From contig CAXXKM010000002.1 of assembly GCA_963664435.2 (NCBI GenBank), positions 768,001-832,000 of the forward strand: a stretch of 64,000 nt of DNA, in the 5' to 3' direction. Source of the DNA: Longimicrobiales bacterium. Lineage in GTDB: Bacteria; Gemmatimonadota; Gemmatimonadetes; Longimicrobiales; Gaopeijiaceae. A program made the position numbers and the translations under genes. The notes beneath the pieces were generated by a model. It was given only the letters and a program-made list of their open reading frames with translations. It was not told the DNA's origin and searched no databases. Numbering within the stretch: position 1 is the stretch's first letter; every line of letters begins with the position of its first letter. Of this stretch, positions 62,950 to 64,000 are shown piece by piece.

Positions 62950-64000
62950 TCAGCCGCGCGGTCTCGGGCGGGCTTCCAGTGCCTTCCGAAGCTGTCCCTC
63001 GTCGGCTCGCTGATAGCACTGAAGCACCGTCTTGGCGGTCTTCCAGCCTCCGAGGTCGCAGAGGACCTTGAGTGGCTGGTCCATGAGATCGCTCGCGAAC
63101 TTGCGCCTCAACGAGTGCCAGCCCCGCCCACGCTTGGGTTCGAGTCCCGCGAGCTTCTGGGCTCGGTTCCACCAGAAGCGCACCAGCGTCCGGCCCGCGC
63201 ACCGCGACGGATCTCGTGGTGCGGGGAGCACCGGAGCAACCTCGATCCCGGCGCTCCGCTCTCGCGCCTCCTCAAGGACGGCGACCGCCTCGGCCGTCAT
63301 CGGAGTCCGGTGTTCGTAGCCTGTCTTCTCGTGTTCGGCCCTCCACCGGATGGCTCGGGCTTCAAGGTCGATATCCGGCCACCTGAGGTGGCGGATAGCC
63401 CCGATTCGGTGCCCGGTCTCGTGTGCGAGCACGAGCGCGACGTGAAACCGCCAATCGACCTCCCGGGACACCCCGAGAAGCGCCTGGTATTCCTCTTCGG
63501 ACAACACCACCCGCGTGGGGTTCTTCTCCGTGGGCGTCTTCAGACCCTTCAGCGGGTTCGAGCCGAGGAGCAGCCGGCCCTCCTCGTCCTTCGACTTGGC
63601 GGCCCAGTTGAACACGGCGATCAGGAACTTCAGATCGTGTTCGATCGTCGCGTCGGACACCGGTTTGCCGCTCGCTCCGACCTTGCCCGCGCGCCGCGCC
63701 CGGATGAACCGGTCCCAGTCGCGCCGGGAGAGCGTTGAAGGCTTGCGGCCTCGTCCGAAGAACCCGAGGAACATCCTCGTCGCGGCCCGGTCGGCCCGCT
63801 GCGACGCCTCCGCCTTGGTGGGCGTCACCTCTTCACCGTAGATTTCAAACAGCTTGTCCAGCGTGAGCGGCTCGGGCTCGGACTCCGCCTTGCCGTCGGG
63901 CGCGTCGATGAACCCGGCGGCGAACTGATCCGCCTGCTTCTTCGCTCGGGTCCAGTCCCGGTGCCCGAGCGACCGGGTGAGCCTGCGACCGTTCTCGCGC
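62950..64000 (-). CDS. Tyrosine recombinase/integrase, paralogue of 6189-7349 (5' end outside window)
   Basis: TGHRIG, WHSLRR, GGW, CYQ; long identical peptide stretches; frame open to the window edge. Confidence 0.93.
   Translation of the reverse strand, partial: RENGRRLTRSLGHRDWTRAKKQADQFAAGFIDAPDGKAESEPEPLTLDKLFEIYGEEVTPTKAEASQRADRAATRMFLGFFGRGRKPSTLSRRDWDRFIRARRAGKVGASGKPVSDATIEHDLKFLIAVFNWAAKSKDEEGRLLLGSNPLKGLKTPTEKNPTRVVLSEEEYQALLGVSREVDWRFHVALVLAHETGHRIGAIRHLRWPDIDLEARAIRWRAEHEKTGYEHRTPMTAEAVAVLEEARERSAGIEVAPVLPAPRDPSRCAGRTLVRFWWNRAQKLAGLEPKRGRGWHSLRRKFASDLMDQPLKVLCDLGGWKTAKTVLQCYQRADEGQLRKALEARPRPRG

Overview
GC-rich bacterial window. The gene content (6-bladed propeller lipoproteins, PSCyt/PSD1-DUF1501, BlaI/M56 pairs) suggests Gemmatimonadota or a similar lineage; this is inference only. 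There are three zones. (1) 1-7.45 kb is the right part of an integrative element: a frameshifted type ISP/IIG-like R-M gene, a DUF433/PIN toxin-antitoxin pair, a protein with a duplicated domain, an oriT-like hairpin and a tyrosine recombinase. The element end truncates an mscS-like gene. (2) 7.5-48 kb is mostly intact core or cell-envelope genes: two BlaI-M56 modules with operator-like palindromes, an SDR, a fused hydantoinase/oxoprolinase, an M42 peptidase, fxsA, ispH, lpdA, tRNA-Pro(GGG), an RCC1-DUF305/LVIVD/FG-GAP/TonB-receptor cluster, a DUF222-HNH gene, PSD1-DUF1501, TonB, an NCS2-HATPase fusion and a DUF2235 gene. (3) 48-64 kb is a mosaic zone where apparently intact orphan genes sit between recurring fragments of a few scaffold genes (VOC, DUF488, istB, a beta-barrel gene, a relaxase). 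It ends at a second, convergent paralogue of the recombinase. The most interesting signal is that both recombinases are followed by the same end architecture: two GCGGGA(A/G)TC boxes 14 bp apart, then a 48-bp segment ending AAACnnGATGC. One end lies in a protein-coding gene. The other lies next to the centre of a palindrome whose intact copy is 10 kb upstream. All family assignments come from motif recognition by eye; no database searches were run.
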